A stretch of 64,000 nt of DNA from Laetmonice hystrix (taxonomy: Eukaryota). Positions 1-14,141 of the stretch are shown piece by piece (the stretch's first letter is position 1; every line of letters begins with the position of its first letter). The stretch lies in NCBI GenBank assembly GCA_965235115.1, contig OZ249436.1, positions 15,378,001 to 15,442,000 of the forward strand. The letters run 5' to 3'. A program made the position numbers and the translations under genes. Below the pieces are notes generated by a model that saw only the letters and a list, made by a program, of their open reading frames with translations, ran no database searches and was not told the origin of the DNA.

Positions 1-67
1 TGGGTGATCATCAAGTGGTTTTTTGATATTTCTTCTTTTGAAGTGGAGGCCAGGTACTATTGTATGT

Positions 68-3000
68 TCACCAGTCATCAAATCCTGGCATGGGAAAGTT
101 GACAGCAAACTCCTCCACCTCTTGCCGAAGGACTGCGATCTTTGCTCGTACACCTTCATCGTCTTTTACCTTGGCCTTGAACTCTCGAAGTGTTGGCCCA
201 GACTCAGATGCTATATCCCCTGTCAGTTGGATTCCTTAAAAAATAAACACTACGGTATAGCCTGCATTGCACGGAAAGTTTTATGTCAAGAGTAAAGTGT
301 TTGGAAAACCTTTTGTCACATATCTATCACTTATTGGCATAGAAGCTTGGATATTTATAACTATTTATCCTATACCATGAGAATATAAGGGACCCTGTCT
401 GTCACATTAACCAGAGCAGAATATTCAGAACTCAAGGTAAAGTCATGACACAAACACTTCCTACCTGAAAATATCACTTCACTTAGAACTTATTTACACA
501 GAATAATGTTCATGCTTCGGGTTGCAGGCTAACAAAAGTCAAAAGAGACCCTACAGCAATGACACACATGATAAACCTACCTCTGTAGATAAAATCTGCA
601 ACTTTCTCAAAATCTTTCTCTTTCAGTTCACGTGATGTCAGAGCTGGTGTCCCCAGACGGAGTCCACTTGGTTTTAAGGCACTTTTATCTCCAGGACATG
701 TGTTCTTGTTTACCGCAATGCTTATCTCTTCTAGTACACGCTCAGCACGTGCACCATCAATCTTTTGAGGTCGAAGGTCAACTAGGATCAGATGATTATC
801 TGAGCCACCTAGTATAAGGAACAAAATAATACGGAGGGCACATGGAATTAGGCGGGATACAACTGTAGTCTGGTATCAAACCTATATACGGCACCTATAT
901 ATACAGCAACCATCCATGAGGAGGTACTTTGTAATATTGTCTGATAAATTAAACCATTAAAGCAATCACCAAGTATCTCTCATTTCAATTACTCCAAAAT
1001 GCAGTTAGGGCTGTTAGGTTAGAGAAGGCCTTAGACTACATAAATCAAATGTTTACCCACAGAAATTGGGAAATCTAATAAAATTCAGCAAATGAATTTC
1101 AGCAATGAAGCAAATGTCTCATGGCTGGTTGTTAACCTGGCACTGACTTGACCAACCAACAATATTCAACAGAACTGGATCTATCAAGCTGATAGAAATT
1201 CTAGAAAATGATCCTTTTTGGGCACTGGTAGGTACTTACTTCCTAAAATGCCAATCTTATGGGGGACATCTTCAGCTGTACATTCTGCAATCATTACCTT
1301 CAGATGAGAATCAAAGAGTTATATATTACCTGACACCACATGGCATCCTTTCGACTGGAGACTCTTGCACAAAGCCTGACAGTTTGAAACCACTTGCTCT
1401 TGGTATTTTCTGAACTCTGGAGTTGTGGCCTGCTTTAGTGCGACACCAACTCCTAAAATACAGCAATAGAAAAATATTTTTTTATGGCATATTCCTAATG
1501 CTTGGTCTCAACAGACGGTGTTATTTGATAAATCTTTCATGCCAACTTTTATCTTGACTTGTCTGGGAAGCTTGTTCATGAAGTCATCAACTGCTATAGA
1601 TGATAAATGATTAAGAAAAGTTAGAAAAATATTGTATACACACATTCCCTAACTTAAGCGACATATTATATTAAAAAATTCTCGTTGGACCTTCCCTCCC
1701 GTAAATTAAGACTACATGTATAAACAATCTTAAATTCAATACATATATATATAAAAGTTATTCATATTTACTTATTCACATATTTGCATGGAAAAAGCAA
1801 GACGGTATACCTGCAATTGCATGGTTATGTGGTCCACCCTGCAGTCCAGGGAAGACAGCCTCGTTTATCTTCTTTTCTAGATCATACATGACCTTATCTC
1901 CCTTGGTGGTCACAGACCGTACACCTGGTGAACATAATTACAACATTTCAGGTTTCATCAATATAGTGGAAGCCAGGCCCATATATTAAAACTTTGGGTT
2001 GACCTACAAAGCTAATATGCTCTGCTGGGATCAGAATTTTACACTGTACAACATGTATGTGATTTTCCATCAACCTCTTAAAATTGGTTATTCTTGCAAT
2101 TACTCAATTGCCCATCTCGTCTTTTTTACTCTCCTGCTCTTATCCCGTTCTGCTAATTTTAATCTGATATAAATTACCTTGGATCATTAAAATGTTTACC
2201 TTTTCTGTAGAAGATCATGCCTGAGCGTGGTCCCCGTAATGTTTTGTGTGTGGTGGTTGTGACAATGTCACAGTACTCAAATGGATCTGGACCAATGCCG
2301 GCAGCCACCAGTCCAGAGATATGGGCCATATCAGCCAGCAGGTATGAACCGTTCTCGTCAGCAATTTCTCGGAACCGTTTGTAGTCAAGATGACGGGAAT
2401 AGCAACTTACACCTGTATGAGATTAATAAACTTTCATGTTATCCTTTCTTCCTGGGATTATTGATGCATGACTACCGATATATGTATACCAAAATGGAAT
2501 ATTCTTTGAAAAATAAAATGACACCAACATTACAACATCACTCAATGTACATGTATCTACATCCATCCCACCTTCTTGTAACGTTATACAGAAACATGGA
2601 CAATTATTATGGGATCACTAAAAGACCATTTCCTACCAGCAATAATCAGTTTGGGTTTAAAAAGTTTTGCGTTTTCTTGTAGCTTGTCATAATCAATGAG
2701 TCCTGTGGCTGGGTCAAGACGGTAGGGCATAGACTCAAAGAAGATGGAAGTAGCTGAAATTTTCTTGGTTGGTGTCATGAATCCATGGGAAAGATGTCCA
2801 CCATCTGGAAGATCGAGGCCCATAATACGACCATGGGGCTCAACAACAGCAGTATACACTGCAAAATTGGCTGGAGTACCAGAGAGAGGCTGGACGTTGA
2901 CTCCCCATTTCGCCGAGTCAAGTTTAAAAGTCTCTAGTGCCCTCTTCTGAGTTAAACGTTCCATTTCATCAATAAATTCGTTCCCTCCATAATACCTGTG

Positions 3001-4191
3001 ATAGAATGCAAAACTAGGTTAGTTCCCTATTCTAAGGCAGCAACCTTTCCCCCACAACAGTAAAACATGCACATAATAGGGAATTGAAGGTTTCTGCAGG
3101 AGGGGTAGATTTCTGTTATTTTCCCTGTAATAAATTTTACAAATAAAATCTCATGGCTGAGAATCAGACCCTTTGAAGAAGTGGTACAAAATTCACTTGT
3201 TTGCAGAGCTACTATTACTGGTTTTCAAGAATTTTTTTTAAATTTGGGATACTTGCACAGGTCTGCTACTGGCTTTCAATTAATTTCTTTGCAATTGCAA
3301 ATAGTTTTCAATTATATTTTTCAACTTGTGAAAAAATCTAATATCCGTGGTTGGTAGTAATGGGTAAATAATACAATATTAATGAGGAAAAGCACAGCCT
3401 TATTGTAAGTAAAGCACATTCAAGAATTAAACTATTTTCTGTTTTTATAGGCTAAAGAAAAATAATCTCAGCATGCTGCTGCATGGTATCTAAATTCTTT
3501 TTAATGAGAAGACATTTACTGACATTAACTATTAGAATGAAAGGAAAGCCATCTTCTAAGGAATCAAGCAATAACTTAGTACATACTTACTCTACCATAC
3601 CTGTGAAATCAGGCAGAGAAAAACACAAGTATCATTTCCTTGTGTATAAAGTGACCAACCTGGGGTATTCTTTAAGATTGCCAAGTCCTAGGGTCCACAA
3701 ATACCACTTTTTAATTAGGACTACTGTTCCAAAACTTTCTACCATTTTGTCCTAGGGGTAAAGTATCTGTAATGGCTCTAATATGAAAACTCAAGCAGAG
3801 GTTTTTGCCAGGTCACTGGTCCAGCCCTGGTGAGACCAATCCCAATGTCATCCTCAATCTATGAAACAGAATGACAATCTGGGCAACAAAAATTTCTGTC
3901 AAACTTTTTCTCTTCCACCTAGGGGCCATGCGGCACACCGACCGTTGGCCTGACAGTGTTTGCTCACCTTTGACCGGCCTGTCCCTCCGAATACTTGTTA
4001 TTCAGGCATGACCCCAGACACTGTAGAACTGCCTTGCTGGCAAAGTTTTCAGATGCAATTAGCTCTAAGCCACGGAGCTGACGATTCTTCTCCTTTTTAA
4101 TAATTGTAGCCATTTCTGGGTCGTCAATGACAATATCATCTTGCAGTCTATATGGCCCATTGAGACCATCTCCAGTTCCATTGACAGCCAT
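68..4191 (-). CDS. SHMT1: Serine hydroxymethyltransferase, cytosolic type; 7 coding exons: 4191-3968, 2995-2637, 2412-2200, 1924-1811, 1452-1330, 808-581, 234-68
   Basis: Spliced translation gives SHMT motifs [47 protein letters not shown], the PLP-lysine [22 protein letters not shown] and [12 protein letters not shown]. All introns are GT-AG and phase-compatible; TGA at 70-68. No presequence precedes the ATG, hence the cytosolic call. Confidence 0.93.
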
Positions 4192-5359
4192 TGCTGAGAT
4201 AGCCTAGAAAATTCTGCAAATAACACATAAAAATAGCTTTACCCTAAATCAATAGCACTGTATGTATACATGGTAAAACATATCTATGCGATCTATATCA
4301 GGCTAAATGGTACTGAAACACAAAATATCTGTACCACAAAAGTTGTACATTAAATTAGGCCCTTAGACCAATTTTACAGGGCCCTAGCAAGTTAACCTGT
4401 AGACATGTTTAATTTTATTAAATATCTGGTCAATGACATGAATAGTCTTACAATTCTCATTACATGTACTTGTACCACTACCAATGCCATCCTAGTTTAC
4501 AATCCTTCAACTTGCTTAGTTGCCTCAAATTTATGTCCAATCATTTTGGCCAAAGTGGCCAAAATACCTATCTGATAAAATGATCTGGCCAGTAAAGCAA
4601 GCTTTGTCTAGAATATTGACTTTCCAATTTGGGTAAAATAGCTTTAAAAAATACAACTGTCATACTCCCATCAGCCATGGGGTAGGTGAATTTTAGTCTT
4701 TTATTATTAAAGATATGATTATTTTATAATATTATTTAAAGTTATTTTATTATAAAGTAAAGTTATTAAAGTAAATTATTAAACTTATTAAAGTTTACAA
4801 ACTTACATAATTTCTGCTGGCTTTTGTTAAGATGGCCTACCAGGACATTTGTACATTCTTGCCAGCTACTATTTAGAATGGTGTCAAGAATTATACAGGG
4901 TGGTCAATTTCTGAGTAAAGAGTGCAAAGATTACTTTTTGACTGTTATCAGGAGACGTACTACTTAGATAATATTTTGTATAACAAGGTTTGCATGTCAG
5001 TGAGAGTGTTATCAACCTCCAACACTGACAAACTTGTATCTCCCTAGTTATTGTCAGGGATGAATTTAAACCAGCATTTGTAAAGTAATGGATACAGCCT
5101 GGCCTGTCTATGGCAAAAAAATCACAACAGGAAACCTTGGACTTTTTACAAAAGGTCATCAGATTTTTCAGTGAGCATGAAAGATGATATTGACTGTTGG
5201 CCAGTATGACCTCTATATGGATGGGAAGGAATATACGGACATTTCTCCCTCTCTTACGATATAATACTTCTTGCTTGCAGTAGACAATAAAGTGCTGCAA
5301 TTGAAAGATGATCACCAGGGTCTGCCGAATTGAGTGACCAACCTTCAGGCAACTACATG

Positions 5360-5466
5360 CAGGCCTCGAATTAGGCCACCATAAGATTTTTCAAGGGCAC
5401 GGCAGCAAATTTACGATATGGAAAAGCCACGACGGCCGTCGATGCCGTCGTGTAATTCGAGGCCTG
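5360..5466. mobile_element. Small hAT-like MITE
   Basis: TIR CAGGCCTCGAATTA / TAATTCGAGGCCTG; imperfect 8-bp flanks ACTACATG / TTAACATG. Confidence 0.6.
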
Positions 5467-6886
5467 TTAACATGTATTGTAATACTGGCATAAAAGTCAG
5501 GCTTTTGATATCTTGATGGTCACAAGTAGGACAGTGACTGGACATTTAGAGGGCAGTGATGGCCAATTCCTAATGCCTGACACAAGTTGATTGCATGGTC
5601 CAACCATGTCCAACAGACCAAAGACAATAGCCCGATGGCTAGTTCTCTCACCCAACATAGACTTAATAACAAGTACAAAGGGCATGCGGATGTCAGAGTC
5701 GGGCGAGTGGAATTTTGTAGTCCACTTGTCCTGTGGCAAGTGATTAACTTGAAAAATCGGCCACCCTGGAGGGTCTTTGTGACAATACCAAGTCACGAAG
5801 TGAAAATACAATACAATAAAACTTGTTTTGTTCAACTGAAATTTGTTCTGTTCTATATGTACAATATAATATTCAAAAGAAATTCCTGAACAATCATGTT
5901 TAGTTGTTGGCCAACCACTATTTAAGAGCTTGTGCAATGGCCAATGGCCAACCACATTCCTGGGAAATTTAGCGGATCCAGCTTAGTGGGAGATAAGGCA
6001 CCAATGCTTGTAGTTCACATCAGGACACACTCTGGTGGCCACAGGCCAACGTTAGGAGGCAGGAAATGCTGACTTCCTTTGGACAAATTTATTCAGGTAT
6101 GGTGGCTATAGACTCTACAGAGACTGTGTTGCTGGAGATTCTGAGAATTCATGCGATTATTTATAAGCACACGGGGCAGCCATCAGCCATAGTAATAGGA
6201 TAATACTGCCGTGGGAGGCTCGGGGCAGAATAACTTCTGGTAATAAAGTCGCCTGCTTAGAGTGCATCCCCTGCCTGCTAGTGCTACACCATTAAATAGA
6301 TACATGTACTTATAAATACCATAACAGCAAAATTGTACATTTTTTCCACGGAAAAATAAAGACTGAGCGATTGTAAGACATGAAATGTTACACAGCAGCT
6401 TGGCTTGCTTTCTACAGTCTGGTTACAGACATGTAAATATGGCACAAACTGTCACAATTAAATTCTGTTCTATGCTGAAAGCAGAGCTGCCCACGCCAAA
6501 ACACAAGTTTGTGTACATGTATACATAACCAATTGTGATTTCGAGTATAAATGGGTGACTTTCGAGTACAATTCTCCCAAAACCTCATGTATGCTAAATT
6601 TTCCTTAGAAAAAAATACATCAATGATAAATAAATAAAAATAAAGAGGAACTTTCAAAAATAAACACAAAAATATATTTTCAACCTTCATATACTGGAGA
6701 CCACAATGTGGCGCTGTGCACAATATGCGTGTTAACTACTGTGTGGCGCGGGAATCAGTCACCCCGCCATAGAGCATGAATTAATGGAAGAATGGCAGAA
6801 GTGCATAAATGCGTATAATGAGTATACGTCGTACAACTATCATATTTCGTGATGGTAGCCTAAATTACCAACACTGGGGGGGGGGG

Positions 6887-7296
6887 CAGGGTTTCCGCCA
6901 GAAAATAATTAATGGGGGGGGACGGGCGAGCCCGCCAAAGGGGGGCCGGAACGGGCGGTCTCCGGAACTCCGTTTTCCTGGCCTCTCAGAGCGAGAATCT
7001 TCACTACATCTACCACCAAAAAATCCACAATTTTTACCCCAAAAACACAAAATTGGCAGCGACAGCAAACAGAATCATACCAACATTTTAAATAAATGCA
7101 TCATTACAATATATATTATTCAACATCAGAAGGGAGGATTGTCAGGATTATTCATAGACATTTCGTTGTCGACGTTGAAACTATGTTCCGATACCTTTAA
7201 AAAAAACACTGCTCTGCAGATTGATGGGGGGGGGGGGATATCCCCCTCATGTCCCAATCATGGGGGGGCCTGTCCCCCCCTCTGTATGAAACCCTG
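6887..7296. mobile_element. hAT-like MITE inserted in a poly-G run
   Basis: CAGGGTTTC ... GAAACCCTG termini with G-runs on both sides, compatible with an 8-bp G TSD. Confidence 0.5.
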
Positions 7297-8635
7297 GGGG
7301 GGGGCGTCGCCCCTCCCGTACCCCTAACCAGGGCTCTGCGCTTGGTTTGACCACCACGCTGTCAAAAATTTCTGGCGAGACCCCGGTTAGGGTATGTCAT
7401 AATGTGACATTTTAATTGGGAAGTTTAGAGCTCGTACAAAACCTTTTCGGGTTGGAGCCTATAAAAAAAGGTGGGGGGGGGGGGGGGGGAGGACTTATAC
7501 TGCCATAAGGGGCGGAAGATAAAATTGTTTGGGGGTTGTGAATGAAATATTTTCCGAGTTTCAGGATTTGAAATACGGGTCATATTGCCTAGGCCTATGG
7601 CTAGATCTAGGCCACTTGATGTGGACAGGCCCTTATAACCCTAGCACCTATAGCCAATCAAACTGCATGATTCACGCTGAATTGTACACAGTGGCGAGTT
7701 CGCATTGGAGGTATAGTTTTAACAATCCGCGATGTCAGTCCCTGTTTGCTGGCAACTGGGACACCACTTAGTAAACTCGTACTGGCAGTACTAGACCTAG
7801 ACGCTAGAGTCTAGACTCTAGTACGACTAGTCAGACAGGACACGCCCCTTTCTACTATTTAATATTTTAAGCCTAATTATAATTAGCTATTTAGCCATTG
7901 CCGGCTAAATATACACTACCTTTTTTTAATCTGCAGTTATGCAGGAATGCGTAAGCCTATAATCATGATATGGCTAACCAGTAGTGTAGCCTGTAGGAAG
8001 CTGGAAGGGAAAAAATATTTGGGGGGGGGCAGAAGTGACGTCACAATGACTTACGCCTATATGCTTTTGCATTGAGCTATGCGGTCATTTTATAAATATT
8101 GGGGGGGGGGGGCAGAGCCCCCTCTGCCCCAGCTTCCTACGCCCCTGGGCTTGCTATACTCGTGCCTGACGGGCACCTGTGCCACAGACTGGCTGAGCCT
8201 GTGGTGCCACCACGCACGTTCCCGCCACGGCTCAGGCCGCTGCCGCGCTGGCACTGGTAAGCCGACAAGGCACAAGTCAAGTTGGTTCAGTACCGACGAC
8301 AGAGACAGTACAAAGTAGCCCATTCACCAAAAACCAAAATGACGTTTCGCCTTACAACTTACCTACACCGACTTACAATAGACCCTAAATGGGAAGAATT
8401 CGGTTAGGCCTAATCTAATGTGAAATTGACATGATTGAATGTGGCTCCCTGGCTTGCAATGTCAATGCACAGTGACTTGGTAAAGTTGGTTGCAACTTGC
8501 AAGCATTTACCCCTTGATTGCGTAAGCCCTAAGCTAGGTCTAACGTTTGGCCTAATTCTCAAGTCGGCTCCTATCTCCTAAAACTAAAACGTTAGTAATT
8601 TCCCTTTAATTCGGCATAATATTCAAGCCTGATAT

Positions 8636-8673
8636 GCCAAACCATAGATGTGTAGACACACCTATGGCCAAAC
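8636..8673. mobile_element. 24-bp CATAG...CTATG remnant (8643-8666) flanked by 7-bp direct repeat GCCAAAC; probable P-superfamily excision footprint
   Basis: GCCAAAC (8636-8642) + CATAGATGTGTAGACACACCTATG + GCCAAAC (8667-8673). Confidence 0.7.
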
Positions 8674-8677
8674 CTAC

Positions 8678-8825
8678 CTTTTTCGTAACTCTTTCGGCCC
8701 CTGCGGCTGCGCTCTCTGTTCCCAGAACTTTGTTTCCTCCTCTTGTCTTGACAGCCAAGGAGTGAGGATGAGCGCCAGGGCGAGCGCTATAAATAGCCAG
8801 GTGGCCGGATTTCTGTCCAATCAGA
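8678..8825 (-). promoter_or_regulatory. Probable SHMT promoter and non-coding first exon (donor AAG|GTAGGT at 8678/8677)
   Basis: GC-rich ATG-free segment ending in a good donor. TATA-like CTATAAATAG at 8788-8797 and CCAAT at 8817-8821. The coding exon has an acceptor at 4213 that needs an upstream exon. Confidence 0.6.
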
Positions 8826-9500
8826 TAGCGTAATGCCCCGACCATTGCCTCGTGTTTGCAGAGACAGAGATGAAAACTCATGTAGGCCTACGGGTACTCA
8901 CTAGGTGGCGCCTTATTTCAGAAGGCTTACTTGCCGCTCTGCTGGGCAATGCGACGCCATGACACCAAAGACCTATCAATGATCACTCATCGATCTTTGA
9001 TGACACTAAAGTAATTAGGGGGTGGGAGTGGGGTGTCCTTTAACTGGTTTCTGCCGTACTATAATTATGGTCGAAACCACTCTTGATCTGCCCCTGATCC
9101 TAGCCATTTTAATTCCTATATTACCCTCCTCTCCCCCATCCCCTTTAAAGATTTGCCCTTAACTTAAGGCCCTGGTTGCAAAAACATGCCAAGAAAAATG
9201 TAATGTGTATCCAATAATAATAACTTAAATCTTCTACTCTAAATTCACAAATAGTTTATTCTGTCATAACAAGTAACACAGAATACTCTGCTACCTGCAA
9301 TATGCCTAGATGTTAGCCATGAGCATAAACCGTTCTGTCTGTCTGATGCTGTCAGATGCCACTGAACAAATTATAATCCGTGGTGGGCACAGCCTGATGA
9401 ATTGTCCACATTGAAGTCATGGCCAGCACACAATTCATTGAACCAGGTCCATGGGGTCCAGTTTTATGAGAAATTCACTCAAGTTTCTTCAATAGACGGG

Positions 9501-12500
9501 CTACCTGCTGTTGAGCAGTGCTTCAAAATCAGGTGTGCACACCAGCTTATGATCTATATGTCCAAGTACTGTCATGTCTCCACCGTCATCCTCCAGTCGA
9601 ACACTCACCAGGTCCTGGAAAGCAAGTTTATAAATCAAATTAGGAATTAGGTATAGATCATGCGAAAGGTCCCCCCCCCCCACCACCACCAATCTATGTC
9701 TTGTTTATATTTATGGGACAGCCAGACAGTGATATTTACGTTTATTGGAGAAGGCTAGAAGGTGTGGAATTTGAATTCCCTGGTTATGGAGTAAGATGGT
9801 ACCTACCTGTAGAAAGCCTGCAGGCTTCCCCATAGTAACATCTAAGGCAACGTTACCAAGCACAAGACAGGTACGACCTGACTTGTGTAGCTGAAGCTTG
9901 CCAATGTAGCCCTCACTGAAGTCTGAGAGTGAGCACTGGCCTAGTCGTGTTGCAATCTTATCCTGTCCATGGGAGTAAAACTTAATTAAGCTAAATATCC
10001 AAGACGTACCATATCACAAACACCAGTACAGTCAGGCCTCGTTTATTCGAACAGCTTGGTGCCCATTAAAATGTGTTTGGATTGTGAAACATATGGATTA
10101 CTGAATCATTTTAAGTAGAAAATGGTAGAAGAGGTTACCAGAAAATGTTTGGATTGTGAGGTACATGTACCGTATACAGGTTAATGCAGCAGGGAATCTC
10201 TATAATCTGCTTAATTTTATTCCCTCGTTGTCTATAACGTAAAAACTTTTAACTGGATGTCACTGAATTCCCAATCAACCCACCTCTTCCTTTTTAGCAT
10301 CATCCTTCACAAGGATGTTGCCTGTGGCTGATTGTGACTGTCGTGGCATTGGGCGATCCCTGTCTCTGTCTGTGTCTTTCAGTGGAGGATCTCCCGGTAG
10401 AGAGTCAGGCAGCTGCAGGAACATCAGCTGTCCTTGGTCTGAAAATTCATTAGTTGGATTATTCTGCATTGTCGTCCGAGATACTGATAACCTGTTATTA
10501 AAGTCTCCAAGAACCCAAATCTGATCAGCATCTGCTATGCAGAAGATGTTGGAATATGCCTTGATTTTGAGCTGCTGTGACTTGTTAAGTATTTAGATGA
10601 AAGAAGTACCGATTAATGAGGACTGACTTCTTTACATCCTTGTACATGTATTTGTTAAATCCCTTTGAGTGCATCATTGAGTGCAATTTTTTATAAGGAA
10701 ATATTGTGGGAAAGCTCTATGCATTATTTTGACATAAATCAGTTAGGAAGTCATATAATTTTTATACCAGGCATTCAAAAATAAATTCACACATTTTATT
10801 GCACTGGTCTGTTTCAATTGTTATATCCTGTTTTTCTTGGCAGAGGAAACATACACAAGTCTAACCTGACTTGGAAGGTGCTGTAAAAAGCTGCATACAG
10901 TTATGAGCTTTACTGGTCTTGCTCCCTGACGCCACAACACCTAGTGCTGCTGCTGCTAGTGGGATACCTGCTGTGTCTATGTCATCAATGTCTACTGGCT
11001 CACTCTTCACTGGCAGGAAAAAAACAAAAAAGAACTGATTATATTATAAACATACTTATATACACGAATATTTTAAATACATAAAATGTCTTTTAAAACA
11101 CTTTTTATTTAAAAATAAAAAGTGTCACATATTATCTCTAATTACCTTATCACCTATTATTCTAAAAATCTGTTTACACTAAGATCAATTATGATGGGAA
11201 GGATTTTATTAACATGGAAAATCTTGCCTTTGACTTCTGTTTTTACCAACTGTTCTGATTTAACTTCTTGTTTGATGCTGGCAGCAAGAGGCAAACGAAT
11301 AGGGGTCATTGTAGGGTCATCCCCTCCTAGATCCTCATCAACCATGAACTGTAAGTAGTGATTACAAAGTAAATGTATAAAAGGAATTACATTAAGAGAT
11401 ATTCCAAGCATAAAGCAGTCCAGCCAAGTGTGCAGGTTCTATTTTACTCCCATAAAGGTGATACCACCTGCATAGAGGGCTTTATATAGTTGTGTAAAAT
11501 CAAATTGTATTGTTTTTCCATCCCCTTTAAATGGGGCTTTGTTGTTTTATTGAAACATGGCCCTCAACATTATAACACCTAAATATTTTAGTAGTTTGCA
11601 CTCCTCAAGATACAAATTTAAATGCATATTTTTTTGTATGACTAACATCATCCCGTAGAAGGTCATCGAGGATCTTCTTGGTTCCTTCATCCTCAGTCCG
11701 TTCAACCTTGAATGATGACGGCCGACAACCCCCACTTCCACGACCACCACGACCACCACCGCCGCCGCTACCACCTCTCAGGTCACCATCAATGCTGTAA
11801 CCCCCTGAAAAGGAAAGAGGCAAATCATACTTGGGCAAAGTATCTTAACATGTCCTTTTAAATGTAAAACTGAAACATCTCAAACCTTTGCTAACCTGTA
11901 CTTTTAACCATCCTAGTAGTATACTGTCCCTTCTTGATTTAATATGTATGAACTGATGGAGCAGACAGTATATCAATGGAGCTGTCATGTGTGTTCAATT
12001 TCTGCCTGCAGTCTGTAACCGACAAAGAACTGGGCAGTTGACTAACTGCTTTTCCAGTAGAGATGATAAAGATAACAACTGAGAAAGGTTAATTAAGCAA
12101 TACCTGGTTTCACTTGTCTCTCTGCAGGTCCCTGTTCAAAAATGGAATGTGACTGAATTGTTTCAGCCCGACCTCTCCCTCGGCCCCGCCCCCGTCCTCT
12201 CCCACGGTCATCTTTTCCACGGCCCCGCTGACCTCTAGCATTTTGAGTCTGTTTTGAAGCATTTGCTTCCACGCTAATCCTGAAAGTAAGATTAAAATAT
12301 AAAGCATGCACACAATCCCTATAATGACTACCCAGGCCAATTTAAGTTGCCAATTTAATCAAAATTAGGAATATAATCTCCTCATAGTTTTCAAAAGAAA
12401 CCGGCAGACACCATTCTGGTATCATTTCCAGTACCAAGAACACAGTCGTGCATAGAACAAGTGGCACCCCTAAAAAAGGCACTCGTGAAAATTACTGGAT

Positions 12501-13107
12501 AGTCTGGACCAATACTTATCAACTTTCATTAAGTCTATACCACCACAAAAGTCATGTAAAACCATGCCCAATACATACTCCTCCTTCCTTTTCCTGGCTG
12601 CTAGTATAGGAGCAAATGTCTTCTTTGGAACTCCACCAAGGGTGAGATCACGTGGACTACGAATTGATGGCAACCTGTATAATTGAGAATATCAGAGATT
12701 CTGGCTAAAGGCATGAGAAATTAAAATGTGCAGGTAAGTTATATAAATATATAGCCAAGCTCAAATCAAATATAATAAAACCAGAATCTTCCTAGTCCTT
12801 GAAATCTCTCCAGTGGATGGCATATTATGATAAATGATTTTGAAATCTTCCAAGTGCTGAAATTTTTATGACGCCATCTTAATTAGTGGAAAAGTAATAT
12901 GAGACTCTCCACTACTTTTAAAATTTAATGTAGTGTGCAAATGAAGGTACAATATTTTTATGATGATGCTCGTGGATTACTTAATTTAACTCTGGGTCCT
13001 TGAACACAACATTTGAACGATTCTCACCTGCCACTTTTACCTGGAGGAACACCTCGTCTGCCTATCAAACCACGAGGCAGTCCTGGTGGGGGAGTCTGTT
13101 CAGCCAT
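9501..13107 (-). CDS. POLR3D: RNA polymerase III subunit RPC4; 9 coding exons: 13107-13028, 12674-12579, 12279-12104, 11804-11647, 11348-11228, 11009-10866, 10438-10284, 9962-9807, 9614-9501
   Basis: Motifs RLPSIRSPRDLTLGGVPKKTFAP, RG-rich tract, IQSHSIFEQGPAE, LMFLQLPDSLPG, EGYIGKLQLHKSGR and HKLVCTPDFEALL. Phases are consistent provided intron 5 uses a GC donor. PolyA signal on minus at 9260-9255. Confidence 0.9.
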
Positions 13108-13539
13108 TGCGGTTCTTCACTCACTACTGATCTGGTGGATACATTCAATTCCAAAGAAATAATTTGTAGTGTTTTAGCTGAATAGGTAGTATCCTAGGCT
13201 CGGGTGTGTAATGTTACCATCAAATAATAAAGAAACATTTTGGCAAGTTTTAAGAGCTAAATTCCTGTAGCCAAAATACAAATGTTACCGGCTTGACTTG
13301 GCCAATTCATTCTGGCAGTTAGACACCCTGTATCATATTGGTTTAGGTGATCACCACGATGCAGAAGAGAGAGGGGAATGCAAACAGAGGATACCTGTAA
13401 TAATATTAGCTCTGACATTAGTCATAAATCTCAAAATTTGCTTTCTTGGTAGTTGGTAGGCCTACACCTTGGAGTGGAAAGGAGAATAATAGCCCCTGGG
13501 CCATGCATGGTAAAAACTCCTTGAATTTGGTGGCAAGAA

Positions 13540-13690
13540 CCAAAGATCAAAGAAGTAGGAAGAGGAGAAGAAGGAAAGGAGGAAGAGGAAGGACGAGGGA
13601 AAAAGAAGGTAGAAAGAGGAAGGAGAACTCTGAGAACGGAGGATGAAGGAAATGAAAGAAGTGGAATTTGAGGAGGGAGAAGAACAGGGC
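13540..13690. repeat. GA-rich polypurine low-complexity tract
   Basis: Almost exclusively A/G on the plus strand. Confidence 0.7.
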
Positions 13691-13824
13691 AGTTCTAAGA
13701 ATAACCTATTGCCCATCCTTAAGCATGACAGGCTATGGCAGTGGCAGATCCAGGATGTTTTCCGGTAAACTCACGGATTATCTAAATTAGCACAGGTCTA
13801 ATGAGGGACTTTGTTACCGTCTTT

Positions 13825-14110
13825 TCCGCATGGCGGCAGCACTATCAACCCGGGCCCCTTGGGCCACATTATTATGAAGTTAGATAGGTCGACGAAATGC
13901 TAATCTATCGCTGGGTGCTGTAGTGCTATTTGCTATGAAATATTATGGTACGTTTAGGAGTTCTACAACATGGTGAAGCCTATCAAGTTATCATTTTTCA
14001 TAACAAATAGTCTAAACACATCCTGCCACAGATTAGCATTTCATCGTCCTATCTAACGTCATACTAATGTGTAGCTAAGAGGACCGGGCGACAGTGCTGC
14101 CGCCACGCGG
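13825..14110. mobile_element. Fold-back element/MITE with ~90-bp imperfect inverted repeats at the POLR3D 5' end
   Basis: CCGCATGGCGGCAGCACT...GTTAGATAGGTCGACGAAATGCTAATCT matches the reverse complement of 14030-14110. Confidence 0.7.
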
Positions 14111-14131
14111 ATATGACCTGAAATGTGCCGT

Positions 14132-14141
14132 TGCGCATGCG
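14132..14141. promoter_or_regulatory. NRF1-type site TGCGCATGCG in the likely POLR3D promoter
   Basis: Motif match upstream of a candidate 5'UTR donor at 13775/13774. Confidence 0.45.

Noticed and set aside
6809..7327. 172-aa Gly-rich ORF
   Set aside because: Spans a MITE and poly-G runs in the SHMT first intron
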